Position numbers and translations under genes: made by a program. A stretch of 64,000 nt of DNA from Hydrotalea sp. GTDB lineage: Bacteria; Bacteroidota; Bacteroidia; Chitinophagales; Chitinophagaceae. Position 1 is the first letter of the stretch. Each line of letters starts with the position of its first letter. The notes under the pieces are model-generated. The model did not search any database. It saw only the letters and a program-made list of their open reading frames with translations, and was not told the origin of the DNA. Of the stretch, positions 36,732-46,632 are shown piece after piece. Where the stretch lies: the NCBI RefSeq assembly GCF_049968455.1, contig NZ_JBMFQT010000015.1, positions 6,285 to 70,284 of the forward strand, given 5' to 3'.

Positions 36732-36928
36732 GGAGAAATATCAAATTTGCCTGCTGCCATATTTACAGTAATTATATCTCCTCAATTCAATGCGGTGGGT
36801 AAGGCTTGTTATTGGTTTAGCAATTATTGAATAGCTGCAGTTTTCCCGATAGCTGATACGCTTATAAAAAATGTTTATCATTGTTTTTGCATCTTTCCCT
36901 TTACTTTGCAGCCAATAAAAATGGAAGT

Positions 36929-37348
36929 ATGGAATATAGAAAGTTAATTGCTATTTCGGGCATGAGCGGTCTTTATGAGTTGGTGGGCAGTAAAACCGAT
37001 GGTGCCATTGTTCGCTCATTGGAAGACAATACCACCAAATTTGTAAGCAGCCGTAAACACCAATTTTCACACATTGAAAGCATTGAAATATTCACCATTC
37101 GCGAAAATGTGAACCTGGTTGATGTGTTTAAAGCGATGGATAAAAGCAGTGAAGTCATTCCTTCAGAAAAAGACCCAAAAGCCATTAAAGATTATTTTAA
37201 AAAAGTATATCCTGAAATGGATTTTGACCGTGTTTATGCCAGCGACATGAAAAAAATGGTGCGTTGGTACGGCATTATCAAACAAAACGATATTCCGTTT
37301 GAACTGCCTGACGATACAGAATCTACCGAGGCTTCGAATGAATTTTAA
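36929..37348 (+). CDS. DUF5606-like protein
   Basis: 'MEYRKLIAISGMSGLYELVGSKTDGAIVRSLEDNTTKF...IESIEIFT' matches my recollection of the DUF5606 N-terminus. The ATG at 36929 is preferred to the TTG at 36881. Confidence 0.7.
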   Translation: MEYRKLIAISGMSGLYELVGSKTDGAIVRSLEDNTTKFVSSRKHQFSHIESIEIFTIRENVNLVDVFKAMDKSSEVIPSEKDPKAIKDYFKKVYPEMDFDRVYASDMKKMVRWYGIIKQNDIPFELPDDTESTEASNEF

Positions 37349-37371
37349 TACTTCATTATCAATCTTCCCCT

Positions 37372-37404
37372 AACGCTATGCCCTTTAGGTATAGCGTTTT
37401 TTTT
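37372..37404 (+). terminator. Rho-independent terminator after the DUF5606-like gene
   Basis: Stem AACGCTATGCC/GGTATAGCGTT followed by an 8-nt T-run. Confidence 0.85.
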
Positions 37405-37564
37405 ACCACTCCTGTATATTCCTGCAAAAAAATTCGGCTTTTTGCGCGTTTTTCTTAATTTGTGCTGTACCTATTGGTAATTAGGCCAATCAGCACCACA
37501 TAACACCTAACCACATTCAATCGGTGAACTTATGCCTAAATGTTTCAACAAAATAACTTTCATT

Positions 37565-40500
37565 ATGAAGCCTTTCAATGCTTTTTTATTATCCGGCAAT
37601 CAACAATTCAACACACAGCACTCAAAATCACTACGCTTTGCAGGTTATTTATGTATGCTATTGAGTGCACTGATATTTTCCACGAAAACGATTCAGGCAC
37701 AAGACTTTTATAAACATTCAAAAGCGGCTGATAAATGGGTAAACCATACTTTTAAAAAAATGAGCAAAGCCGACCGCATTGCCCAACTAATGATTGTACG
37801 GGCCCATAGTAATTTAGGGGCAGAACACATACAAGCTGTTACACAATTGGTGCAACAATACCATGTAGGGGGTTTATGTTTTTTTCAGGGTGGGCCTGTA
37901 AGACAAGCCTTATTAACCAATTACTATCAAAGTATTGCAAAAACACCATTAATGATTTGTATTGATGGTGAATGGGGACTGGGCATGCGCTTAGATAGTG
38001 TAATATCTTTTCCACGACAATTATTGTTGGGCGCCATTAGCGATAATGCACCTTTAATGTATACAGTAGGAAAAGCTATTGGAGAACAATGCAAACGCAT
38101 GGGCATTCAGGTTAATTATGCACCTGTAGTGGATATTAATAATAATCCACAAAACCCGGTGATTAACGATAGAAGTTTTGGAGAAGATAAATACAAAGTA
38201 GCATTATACGGTACCGCCATTATGCAGGGCATGCAAAGCGAAAATATTATGGCTTGTGCGAAACATTTTCCTGGACATGGGGATGTAGCTGTCGACTCAC
38301 ACAAAGACCTACCCGTTATTAATAAAAGCATGGCTCAGTTAGATTCATTAGAGCTTTACCCATTTAAAGCCTTGATAAAAGCAGGAGTGGGAAGTGTTAT
38401 GATGGGGCATTTATTTGTTCCTGCTATTGATACCACTGAACACCTTGCCACCTCAATATCAAAAAATGCAGTAACAGGTTTATTGAAAAATGAACTTGGC
38501 TTCAAGGGTATTACTTTTACCGATGCATTGGAAATGCAGGGTATTGCTAAATTTTTCCCTGCGGGACAAGCTGCACTGCAATCATTAATTGCAGGTAATG
38601 ATATGTTGTGCCTTCCGGGCGATGTGCCGGGCAGCATTCAATTAATTTTACAAGCCATTAAAGACAAGAAACTAAGTTGGGACGATATTAATGCAAGAGT
38701 GAAAAAAGTGTTATTGGTTAAATACAACATGGGCTTGGCGAAATTTACGCCTATTGATACTACCAATTTAGTAAATGATTTAAATAGCAAAACTGCGCAA
38801 CTAAACGAAACTTTAGCCCAACAAGCCATTACAGCAGTTTCATTCAACAATCATTCATTACTTCCGGTAAACGCAACAAAAAAAATTGCTTATGTTTCTA
38901 TTGGCGCTAATGGCATACCGTTTATTGCACAACAATTACAAAATAGTTATAACACCCATATATATAGTTTTGCCAATAAAGCAAAAATGGGTAATGAGGT
39001 AATGGATAATCTGAATAGCCGGGAACCGTTTACTCAATCGGACTCTGCTACCGCCAATCGTTTATTGCAAACTATTACAGCCAATCAATATGATTTAGTG
39101 TTGGTTGGTTTGCACAATTATAGTCGCCGCCCTGCCAATAATTTTGGTATTGATGCTCCATCGGTTTATTTACTGCAACAATTGCAGCAATTACCGAACG
39201 CCATCATCATTACATTTGGTAATCCTTATGCAATTAGCAATGTATGCAGCGCAACCAATTTAGTTTCTGCTAATGAAGATACCCATGATACCCAAATGGC
39301 TGTTTACAAATGGTTGACTGATAGTTTAACGGCAAAGGGAACATTACCTGTTTCGGTTTGCACAAATTTACCTTACGGTACCGGTTTGCAGTATAACAGC
39401 TGGTTTCCAAAAACAAATCCGGAATTAGCAGGAATGAATGCCACCACTTTATTACAAATTGATAGTATTGCACAAGAAGGCGTAGACAAAGGCGCCTATC
39501 CCGGTTGTGAAGTATTAGCTGCTAGAAACGGCAAAATAGTATACCATAAAGCATTTGGTTATTTAAATCCGGATGAGCAAATTCCTGTAACCTTACAAAC
39601 AGTGTATGATTTGGCCTCAGTAACTAAAATTTCAGCTACCACCGTAGCTATTATGAAATTAGTAGACGAAGGAAAAATTGACATTCAAAAAACTTTAGGC
39701 GATTATTTACCCCAGGCAAAAGGCACCAATAAAGCAGGTTTGGTATTGAAAGATATATTATTACATCAGGCCGGCTTAGTACCATTTATTAGTTTTTATA
39801 AAGAAACCATTGATTCCATAACGGGTAAGCCTTTACCTCAATATTTTGCTACACAAAAAGATGCGCAACACCAAATAAGGGTAGCAGAAAATATTTATCT
39901 GAGAAATGATTGGGATGATACCATTATGCAACGTATTATGAAAAGCAAGTTGTTGCCACATGGGCATTATGTGTACAGTGACAATGACTTTATTCTGTTG
40001 GCAAAAGTGGTGGAAGCAGTTACCGGAAAACCCCTTAATGAATATGTGAGTGAACAGTTTTATGAACCTTTGAAAATGATATCAACTACATTTTCACCTC
40101 GCAAAAAAATTCCTTTAGACCAAATTGCTCCTACAGAAATAGAAACACATTTTCGGAACCAGCAAATGTGGGGCGATGTGCATGATGAAGGTGCTGCAAT
40201 GCTGGGTGGCGTAGCAGGGCATGCCGGTTTATTCAGCAATGCGTATGATTTAGCCCAATTGTACCAAATGCTGTTGAATAAAGGTACCATGAATGGGAAG
40301 CGATATTTATCGGAAAAGGTTGTGAATGAATTTACCGCCTATAACAGCAATATCAGTCGTCGCGGATTAGGATTTGACAAACCGGAAAAAAACAATGCCA
40401 ATTCCAAAGATCCGTATCCTTGCAAAAGTGCTTCACCGCTAACTTTTGGCCACACCGGCTTTACAGGCACCTGTGTATGGGTTGACCCACAATACAACTT

Positions 40501-40612
40501 GGTGTACATTTTTCTGAGTAACCATGTTGACCCTACACGAAATAATAACTTGCTGTTTAACCTGCACATACGGCCTAATATTCAGGAAGTATTGTACAAG
40601 GCCATACAGTAA
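37565..40612 (+). CDS. Fusion protein: GH3 beta-N-acetylhexosaminidase (NagZ-like) N-terminal half plus beta-lactamase/PBP-like serine hydrolase C-terminal half
   Basis: The GH3 half has 'IDGEWGLGMR', 'NYAPVVDIN', 'DRSFGED' and 'KHFPGHGDVAVDSHKDLP'. The C-terminal half has 'YDLASVTKISAT' (SxxK), 'YSDNDF' and 'FGHTGFTGT' (HTG). It carries a signal/anchor N-terminus. The start is ATG 37565 or 37532. Confidence 0.88.
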   Translation: MKPFNAFLLSGNQQFNTQHSKSLRFAGYLCMLLSALIFSTKTIQAQDFYKHSKAADKWVNHTFKKMSKADRIAQLMIVRAHSNLGAEHIQAVTQLVQQYHVGGLCFFQGGPVRQALLTNYYQSIAKTPLMICIDGEWGLGMRLDSVISFPRQLLLGAISDNAPLMYTVGKAIGEQCKRMGIQVNYAPVVDINNNPQNPVINDRSFGEDKYKVALYGTAIMQGMQSENIMACAKHFPGHGDVAVDSHKDLPVINKSMAQLDSLELYPFKALIKAGVGSVMMGHLFVPAIDTTEHLATSISKNAVTGLLKNELGFKGITFTDALEMQGIAKFFPAGQAALQSLIAGNDMLCLPGDVPGSIQLILQAIKDKKLSWDDINARVKKVLLVKYNMGLAKFTPIDTTNLVNDLNSKTAQLNETLAQQAITAVSFNNHSLLPVNATKKIAYVSIGANGIPFIAQQLQNSYNTHIYSFANKAKMGNEVMDNLNSREPFTQSDSATANRLLQTITANQYDLVLVGLHNYSRRPANNFGIDAPSVYLLQQLQQLPNAIIITFGNPYAISNVCSATNLVSANEDTHDTQMAVYKWLTDSLTAKGTLPVSVCTNLPYGTGLQYNSWFPKTNPELAGMNATTLLQIDSIAQEGVDKGAYPGCEVLAARNGKIVYHKAFGYLNPDEQIPVTLQTVYDLASVTKISATTVAIMKLVDEGKIDIQKTLGDYLPQAKGTNKAGLVLKDILLHQAGLVPFISFYKETIDSITGKPLPQYFATQKDAQHQIRVAENIYLRNDWDDTIMQRIMKSKLLPHGHYVYSDNDFILLAKVVEAVTGKPLNEYVSEQFYEPLKMISTTFSPRKKIPLDQIAPTEIETHFRNQQMWGDVHDEGAAMLGGVAGHAGLFSNAYDLAQLYQMLLNKGTMNGKRYLSEKVVNEFTAYNSNISRRGLGFDKPEKNNANSKDPYPCKSASPLTFGHTGFTGTCVWVDPQYNLVYIFLSNHVDPTRNNNLLFNLHIRPNIQEVLYKAIQ

Positions 40613-40684
40613 TAAGATAAATTGTTTACATTTATGGAAATTATGATTTAAATACTTCCATCAACCACTGCTAAAAATACTTCC

Positions 40685-42388
40685 ATGCAACGCAAACCTT
40701 TTTATTATGGTATTTTATTGGCAGGCATTTGTATGCTCGCAGCCTGTTCCTCTAAAATGCCCAAAGAATTACGCCTCATTCCTAATGATGCATCTACCGT
40801 AATTTGTATTAATAATGATCAAATAAATACCAAACTAACTACCGCAGGTATTTCCATAGATTCTGTGATACAACAACTCATAAAAAAAGATACAGGCAAT
40901 AGTGAATTAGTACATCAGTACCAGCTATTACAAAAGGCCGGTATTAATTTTACCAATAGGGTAATGATTTTTAAGACCACTAAGGTATATGCCAACAAAT
41001 CATACAGCAACTTTTTAAGCATGATTATTGGCATAAATGACAGCAGTAAACTAAGAGCCTATTTAACACAAATTGATTATTTAAAGGGCCGCGATATTCA
41101 TAAAGAAAAGGAATATGCCTTTATACAAATGGATGGCAAAGGCATTATTTCATGGAACAAGGAAAATGCCATCCTTACCATGCAAGATTATACCGAACAA
41201 CCCAGAGGCTTATTTCCCGATAGCATTATGCGGGTAAATGAAACAGATAACATTAGCCAGGTTGATGAATTGAAAAAAGAAGTAAATCGCTATTATACGG
41301 AAAGCAATAGTGCATCCATAAGTGTAGTACCGTTAGTGAAGGATTTATTCAAACAATCGGCTGACGGATATTTTTATACAAATAGCACAAATGCACTTAG
41401 CACATTAAATATGGGCATGCTGCAGTTGCCTAAATTAGCTGAATTGTTGAACAACAATATTACTACCGGTACTTTTAATTTTGAAAAAGGTAAAGTAGCA
41501 GCTAATACCAATTTCTATCCCAATAAATTAATGAAGGCTATTTTACAAGCTTATAAAAGCGGCAAGGTTAATACAAAACTCATAGAACATTATCCCTCAA
41601 AAAATATTGATTTTGCCATGCTCATGGCATTTAATCCGAAAATTATTAATGGTATTTTACAGCAATTAGATGTAGCACCGTTGGTGAATGGATTTTTAGA
41701 CAAATCAGGCATTCCATCGGATGCTGTTTACAATGCCTTTTCAGGTGATATGGCATTGGTAATATCTGATATTAACCCTAAAAACTATGCACAAAATAAT
41801 AATCAATGGGGTAAATATTTGTTGAACATGGCCATTGGTAATGACAGTAGTTTTCATAGCATTATGGATAAAATTGCCGAAATGGGATTCATAACAAAAG
41901 AAAAAGACACTTACCAATCGGGCAAGTTGATGCGAGATATGCATTTAATACTTTTTGCAAATAATAAAAACATGATTATTACCAACGATACTGCATTGCT
42001 GGTTGCTTATAATAACAACAATGCGCCTGCACCTTTGAGTGACAATATTTTGCAACAAATGCAAAATACTAATACATTCATGTACAGCGATATCGGAAAA
42101 ATAATTGATGAATTTGCAACCGACAGTAGCAGTTCAAATCAATTGATTCATCATACCTTCAAAGACATCGTTATAAAATCAGAACCATTTAATGGCACCA
42201 ATACTTCAAGCAATTTTGTATTACGCATGCAAAATGAATCGCAAAATAGTTTGGTAAGCATGCTGCAATTATTCCCTTACATTTCCGATCAAATGCAAAA
42301 GAACAGAGCAGCACGCAAGCAAGATGGGAAAGGTAATCCGGAATCTATTTTTAATGTTCCGTTTTCCTCACGCCTTGGTAGTTTATAA
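40685..42388 (+). CDS. DUF4836-like lipoprotein
   Basis: Lipobox 'ICMLAACSS'. It is followed by 'LIPNDASTVICINNDQI', typical of the start of DUF4836 proteins as I recall them. 567 aa. Confidence 0.6.
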   Translation: MQRKPFYYGILLAGICMLAACSSKMPKELRLIPNDASTVICINNDQINTKLTTAGISIDSVIQQLIKKDTGNSELVHQYQLLQKAGINFTNRVMIFKTTKVYANKSYSNFLSMIIGINDSSKLRAYLTQIDYLKGRDIHKEKEYAFIQMDGKGIISWNKENAILTMQDYTEQPRGLFPDSIMRVNETDNISQVDELKKEVNRYYTESNSASISVVPLVKDLFKQSADGYFYTNSTNALSTLNMGMLQLPKLAELLNNNITTGTFNFEKGKVAANTNFYPNKLMKAILQAYKSGKVNTKLIEHYPSKNIDFAMLMAFNPKIINGILQQLDVAPLVNGFLDKSGIPSDAVYNAFSGDMALVISDINPKNYAQNNNQWGKYLLNMAIGNDSSFHSIMDKIAEMGFITKEKDTYQSGKLMRDMHLILFANNKNMIITNDTALLVAYNNNNAPAPLSDNILQQMQNTNTFMYSDIGKIIDEFATDSSSSNQLIHHTFKDIVIKSEPFNGTNTSSNFVLRMQNESQNSLVSMLQLFPYISDQMQKNRAARKQDGKGNPESIFNVPFSSRLGSL

Positions 42389-42405
42389 TTTGAACCATTA
42401 ATGCA

Positions 42406-43053
42406 ATGCAGTTACAAATTCAGCAAGTGGTGCCCATACCCCTAAAGCCCAATTTATTAAATAGGCAAAGTGATATTTGGTTGAAGGGAATTACTTTTTT
42501 ACCCGGAACAAGGGTGAAGATAAAAGCCGCCAGCGGCACCGGCAAAACTACCTTCATTCATTTTTTATACCATTTACGTAATGACTATGAAGGCAACATT
42601 TTTTGGGGGGATACTGATTTGCAAAATTTTACACCTGCTCAGCTAGCACAACATCGCCAACAAAAAATAAGCATTGTTTTTCAGGATTTACGTTTATTTC
42701 CCAACTTAACTGCCTGGGAAAATATTGAACTAAAAAGGGTTATGCAACAACCCATATATCCTGTATCTACCATTACAGAAATGGCTGAACAATTGGGCAT
42801 TAGTAAAATATTACACCAACGGGTAGGCATTTGCAGTTATGGTGAACAACAACGCATTGCCATTATTCGGGCATTAATGCAACCTTTTGAATGGCTGTTG
42901 ATGGATGAACCCTTCAGTCATCTTGACCAGGAAAATACCCGAAAAGCAGCAGCATTGATTACGGAAGAATGCAATAAAAGAAATGCAGGATTTATATTAA
43001 CCGATTTAGATGATGATAATTATTTTACTTACCACCAAAATTTAGTGTTATAA
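42406..43053 (+). CDS. ABC transporter ATP-binding protein
   Basis: Walker A 'AASGTGKTT', Q-loop, a degenerate signature 'CSYGEQQRIAIIRAL', Walker B 'LLMDEPFSHLD'. Confidence 0.85.
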   Translation: MQLQIQQVVPIPLKPNLLNRQSDIWLKGITFLPGTRVKIKAASGTGKTTFIHFLYHLRNDYEGNIFWGDTDLQNFTPAQLAQHRQQKISIVFQDLRLFPNLTAWENIELKRVMQQPIYPVSTITEMAEQLGISKILHQRVGICSYGEQQRIAIIRALMQPFEWLLMDEPFSHLDQENTRKAAALITEECNKRNAGFILTDLDDDNYFTYHQNLVL

Positions 43054-44247
43054 GTGCAGGCCTGGAATAATATATTGAAAAAAATTATTAAAACCGCTTC
43101 AGGAAGATTACGGCTGATTTTAGCTATCATAGGACTTTCCGTTGCCTTGCTGTTAATACTTTCAGCTGTTCAATTACAGGCTAATTATAACGACTTATTA
43201 CACAGCAAAAGCAATCAAGACAGTATTGCCAATTTTTTGGTGATAAACAAACAATTAACCAATGCCAATTATGGCAACACTACATTACCTACCACAGCTA
43301 TTGATGATTTAAAAAAACAGCCTTTTGTGGATGCAGTGGGCATTTTAACCCCCAGCAGATTTAAAGCATCTATTGAAAGTTTCAGTAGCCAATTCCCATT
43401 TTATACCGACATCTCATTTGAAAGTGTGCCTGCTGCTTTTATTGATGTGGATAGCACACAATGGCAATGGCAACCCGGCAATGATATTGTTCCCATGATA
43501 GCGCCTAACCTATTTCTGGACTTTTATAATTTTCAGTTTTCACTATCGCAGAATTTGCCGCAACTCACACAGGAAATTGTGAAAATGATCATTTTTAAAG
43601 TGAATATACAAACGCCGAATGGGGTTGTTTCTTTAAAAGGAAAAGTAGTAGGCTTTAGCGATAGAATTACTTCATTATTGGTACCGGAATCATTTATGGA
43701 ATGGGCCAACAACCATTATGGTACACTTAATAATGCGCAACCTTCAAGAGTAGTTATTCGTACAAAAGACCCGGGCAATCCCGCTTTGGTGCAATACTTA
43801 AAAGACCATCAACTTACTACTGATGCCGACAAAACACGCTTTAGCAAATACCGTCAAATTGTAAATGTTGTTGTACAAATTAGTGGCGTAACCGGAGGTA
43901 TTTTATTGTTGTTTGCCTTACTCATTTTTTCCTTATTTATTCAATTAACCATTGCTTCGTGTAAAGAGGAAATACAATTGCTTGTAACTTTAGGTGCGGC
44001 CCCTAAACAGTTAAGAAAATTTTTAATGCGCCGATTTTTTCCCCCCAATGTATTGATTATTATTGGCACTTTAATTATTGTAGCAATTATCCAATACCTT
44101 GTGGCTTTACGTTTGCAAAAGCTTTACATGTTTATTAACCCTACACTTTCTATTTACACATTGGCAACAGCATTATTGTTTCTGTTAATTTTGTGGCTGG
44201 TGAATTATACTACAATTCAACGTTACATTCAGAAAGAAAACTTATAA
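43054..44247 (+). CDS. FtsX/MacB-type ABC transporter permease
   Basis: GTG start immediately after the ATPase stop. It has one N-terminal TM, a ~230-aa extracytoplasmic domain and three C-terminal TM helices (FtsX-like topology). Confidence 0.75.
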   Translation: MQAWNNILKKIIKTASGRLRLILAIIGLSVALLLILSAVQLQANYNDLLHSKSNQDSIANFLVINKQLTNANYGNTTLPTTAIDDLKKQPFVDAVGILTPSRFKASIESFSSQFPFYTDISFESVPAAFIDVDSTQWQWQPGNDIVPMIAPNLFLDFYNFQFSLSQNLPQLTQEIVKMIIFKVNIQTPNGVVSLKGKVVGFSDRITSLLVPESFMEWANNHYGTLNNAQPSRVVIRTKDPGNPALVQYLKDHQLTTDADKTRFSKYRQIVNVVVQISGVTGGILLLFALLIFSLFIQLTIASCKEEIQLLVTLGAAPKQLRKFLMRRFFPPNVLIIIGTLIIVAIIQYLVALRLQKLYMFINPTLSIYTLATALLFLLILWLVNYTTIQRYIQKENL

Positions 44248-44267
44248 CCTTACTTAGCTTTAACGCC

Positions 44268-46595
44268 ATGCGGCAATATTTTAAATATTTTTTACACTTA
44301 AGTTTCCTTGTTTACAGCTTATTTGCTATAGCTACTGCTATTACAGCACAAAGTAATTTACAACCCATTGGTTATTGGCGCGAACACTTTAACTATCAAA
44401 ACACCACAACGGTTGTACAGGGAAATAAACTGTATTGCGCCACTCAAAATAATGTTTTTAGTATTGATGCAGAACAGAATGTTGAACGTTACAGCAAGGT
44501 TACAGGACTGAATGATGTAGGTGTTAGCACTATTGGATGGGATAATACAACGCAACAATTGGTTATTGCCTATAATAACAGCAATGTAGATGTACTTAAA
44601 GGCAGTATCGTTACCAATATCAGCGATATTTTAAGAAGCAATATTAGTGGCAATAAAAGCATTAACAGTATATTCTGCAATGCAGGGTTAGCCTATCTTT
44701 CCTCAGGATTGGGCATTATAGTGGCCAATTTGCAAAGCTATGATATTAAAGACACTTGGATTATTGGCAGCAATGGAAATCAAGTAAACATTAACGCATG
44801 TTTATTATTCAATCAACAATTTTATGCTGCTACGGATGAAGGGTTAAAAACAGCACCGGCTATTGGGCTAAACTTAGCCAATTACAGCAATTGGAACAAT
44901 ATCAGCGGCACCAATGGACTTCCTGCCTTACCGGTTAATAATGTAATAACGGCCAACAATACGTTGTACGCACAAATTCAAAACAGTATTTATGTTTTAC
45001 AAAATAACAATTGGTCATTATGGTATAACGATTCCAATTGGCCTATTACTAAAATTGAACCTGCAGGCAATAACTTATTAGTGTGTCAACGAACAGCAAC
45101 CGGCAATAGTAGGGTAATAACATTAAATAATACTGCTACCATTATTAATACCATTGCTGTTCCTAACGTTATATCCTTTCCGAAAGATGCAATTATGGTA
45201 AACAATACCACCTGGATTGCAGATTATTATGGAGGACTTTCTGCATTCAACAATAATAGCTATCAACGATATATACCCAATGGGCCTTTAGGACCTGCCA
45301 GTGGCGATATGGTTTTTAATAATCAAACTTTATATGTTGCAGCCGGCAGCGTAAATGCCGCTTGGAATTACCAATACAACAGAAACGGTATTTATATTTT
45401 ACAGGATGGTTCCTGGAGCGATATTGGCGCTTTTAATACATCTATTTTAGATAGTACGCTTGATTTTATTACTTTGGCTGCCGACAAAAGAGATGGCAGC
45501 ATTTGGGCAGGAAGTTACGGAGGTGGCTTGGTGCATATTAATAACAACAACATTCAAATTTTTAAACAAAGTAACTCTACCCTACAATCAGCTATTGGCG
45601 ACCCCACCAGTTATCGTGTTAGTGGCTTAGCTTTTGATGCCAACAATAATTTATGGATTGCCAATTACGGTGCACCGCAAAATTTACAAGTACTTCAAAA
45701 TAATGGCAGCTTCAATGCCTTTGCTATCCCTTTTAGCTTAACAGAAAATGCCGTTAGCCAAATAGTAATAGATGATGTAAATCAACTTTGGATTGTTAGT
45801 CCTAAAAACAATGGACTCATTTGTTACAATTATGGCAACAGCATTACCGCTACCAATGACGACCAATGGCGAATGTTGCAATCCGGCGTAGGAAAGGGAA
45901 ATCTTCCCAGCAACAATGTTTACTGCTTAGCAAAAGATAAAAATGGATTTATATGGGTAGGTACCGATAATGGCATAGGGGTTGTGCAATGCGCTGCCAA
46001 TTATTTCCAACAACCTTGTGATGCTGTATGGCCCATTATTCAACAAGACCAATTTGCAGGATATTTATTTCAAGGCCAACAAGTACAATGTATTGCGGTG
46101 GATGGAGCAAATAGAAAATGGGTAGGTACCAACAATGGCGCATGGCTGGTTTCAGCAGAAGGCGATAAAATTATTCAACACTTTACCGTCAATAACTCTC
46201 CGTTACCCGATAACAATGTGCAAAAAATTAGCATAGAACCCACCACCGGTGAAGTATTCATCAGCACTTTTACCGGCATTATGAGTTACCGGGGTACTGC
46301 TACTGAAGGTAGTAGTACCAACGATAGTGTATTGGTGTTCCCCAATCCCGTTCCACCCGGTTATACCGGCACTATTGCTATTAGTGGTGTGGCAGAAAAT
46401 GCCTTAGTAAAAATTGCCGACTTATCTGGGCGATTGGTTTATCAAACACAAGCCTTGGGAGGACAAGCTGTTTGGAATGGTTTAAATTATAAGGGCGAAA
46501 AAGTAGCCAGTGGCATTTATCTGGTATTGATACGAGATCAGGTTACAGGTCAGGAAAAGTTGTCTACAAAGATTGTGATCATCAGTGGCAGGTAG
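44268..46595 (+). CDS. Two-propeller protein with T9SS C-terminal sorting domain, PorZ-like
   Basis: Signal 'LHLSFLVYSLFAIATAITAQ'. Repeated 'two-component regulator propeller'-like units ('IWAGSYGGGLVHI', 'LWIANYG', 'IWVGTDNGIGVV', 'KWVGTNNGAWLV'). The C-terminus 'VFPNPVPPG...IADLSGRLVY...GIYLVLI' is a type A T9SS CTD. The size matches PorZ (~780 aa). Confidence 0.65.
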   Translation: MRQYFKYFLHLSFLVYSLFAIATAITAQSNLQPIGYWREHFNYQNTTTVVQGNKLYCATQNNVFSIDAEQNVERYSKVTGLNDVGVSTIGWDNTTQQLVIAYNNSNVDVLKGSIVTNISDILRSNISGNKSINSIFCNAGLAYLSSGLGIIVANLQSYDIKDTWIIGSNGNQVNINACLLFNQQFYAATDEGLKTAPAIGLNLANYSNWNNISGTNGLPALPVNNVITANNTLYAQIQNSIYVLQNNNWSLWYNDSNWPITKIEPAGNNLLVCQRTATGNSRVITLNNTATIINTIAVPNVISFPKDAIMVNNTTWIADYYGGLSAFNNNSYQRYIPNGPLGPASGDMVFNNQTLYVAAGSVNAAWNYQYNRNGIYILQDGSWSDIGAFNTSILDSTLDFITLAADKRDGSIWAGSYGGGLVHINNNNIQIFKQSNSTLQSAIGDPTSYRVSGLAFDANNNLWIANYGAPQNLQVLQNNGSFNAFAIPFSLTENAVSQIVIDDVNQLWIVSPKNNGLICYNYGNSITATNDDQWRMLQSGVGKGNLPSNNVYCLAKDKNGFIWVGTDNGIGVVQCAANYFQQPCDAVWPIIQQDQFAGYLFQGQQVQCIAVDGANRKWVGTNNGAWLVSAEGDKIIQHFTVNNSPLPDNNVQKISIEPTTGEVFISTFTGIMSYRGTATEGSSTNDSVLVFPNPVPPGYTGTIAISGVAENALVKIADLSGRLVYQTQALGGQAVWNGLNYKGEKVASGIYLVLIRDQVTGQEKLSTKIVIISGR

Positions 46596-46632
46596 ATGCA
46601 TGAAATGCTTCATTAAAACAAATACAACACCG

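Noticed and set aside
44193-44267. Upstream extension of the PorZ-like ORF overlapping the end of the FtsX-type permease gene.
   Set aside because: The extension (MAGELYYNSTLHSERKLITLLSFNA) precedes a perfectly good start. Met 44268 is followed by a signal peptide, and the 55-nt overlap is unnecessary.
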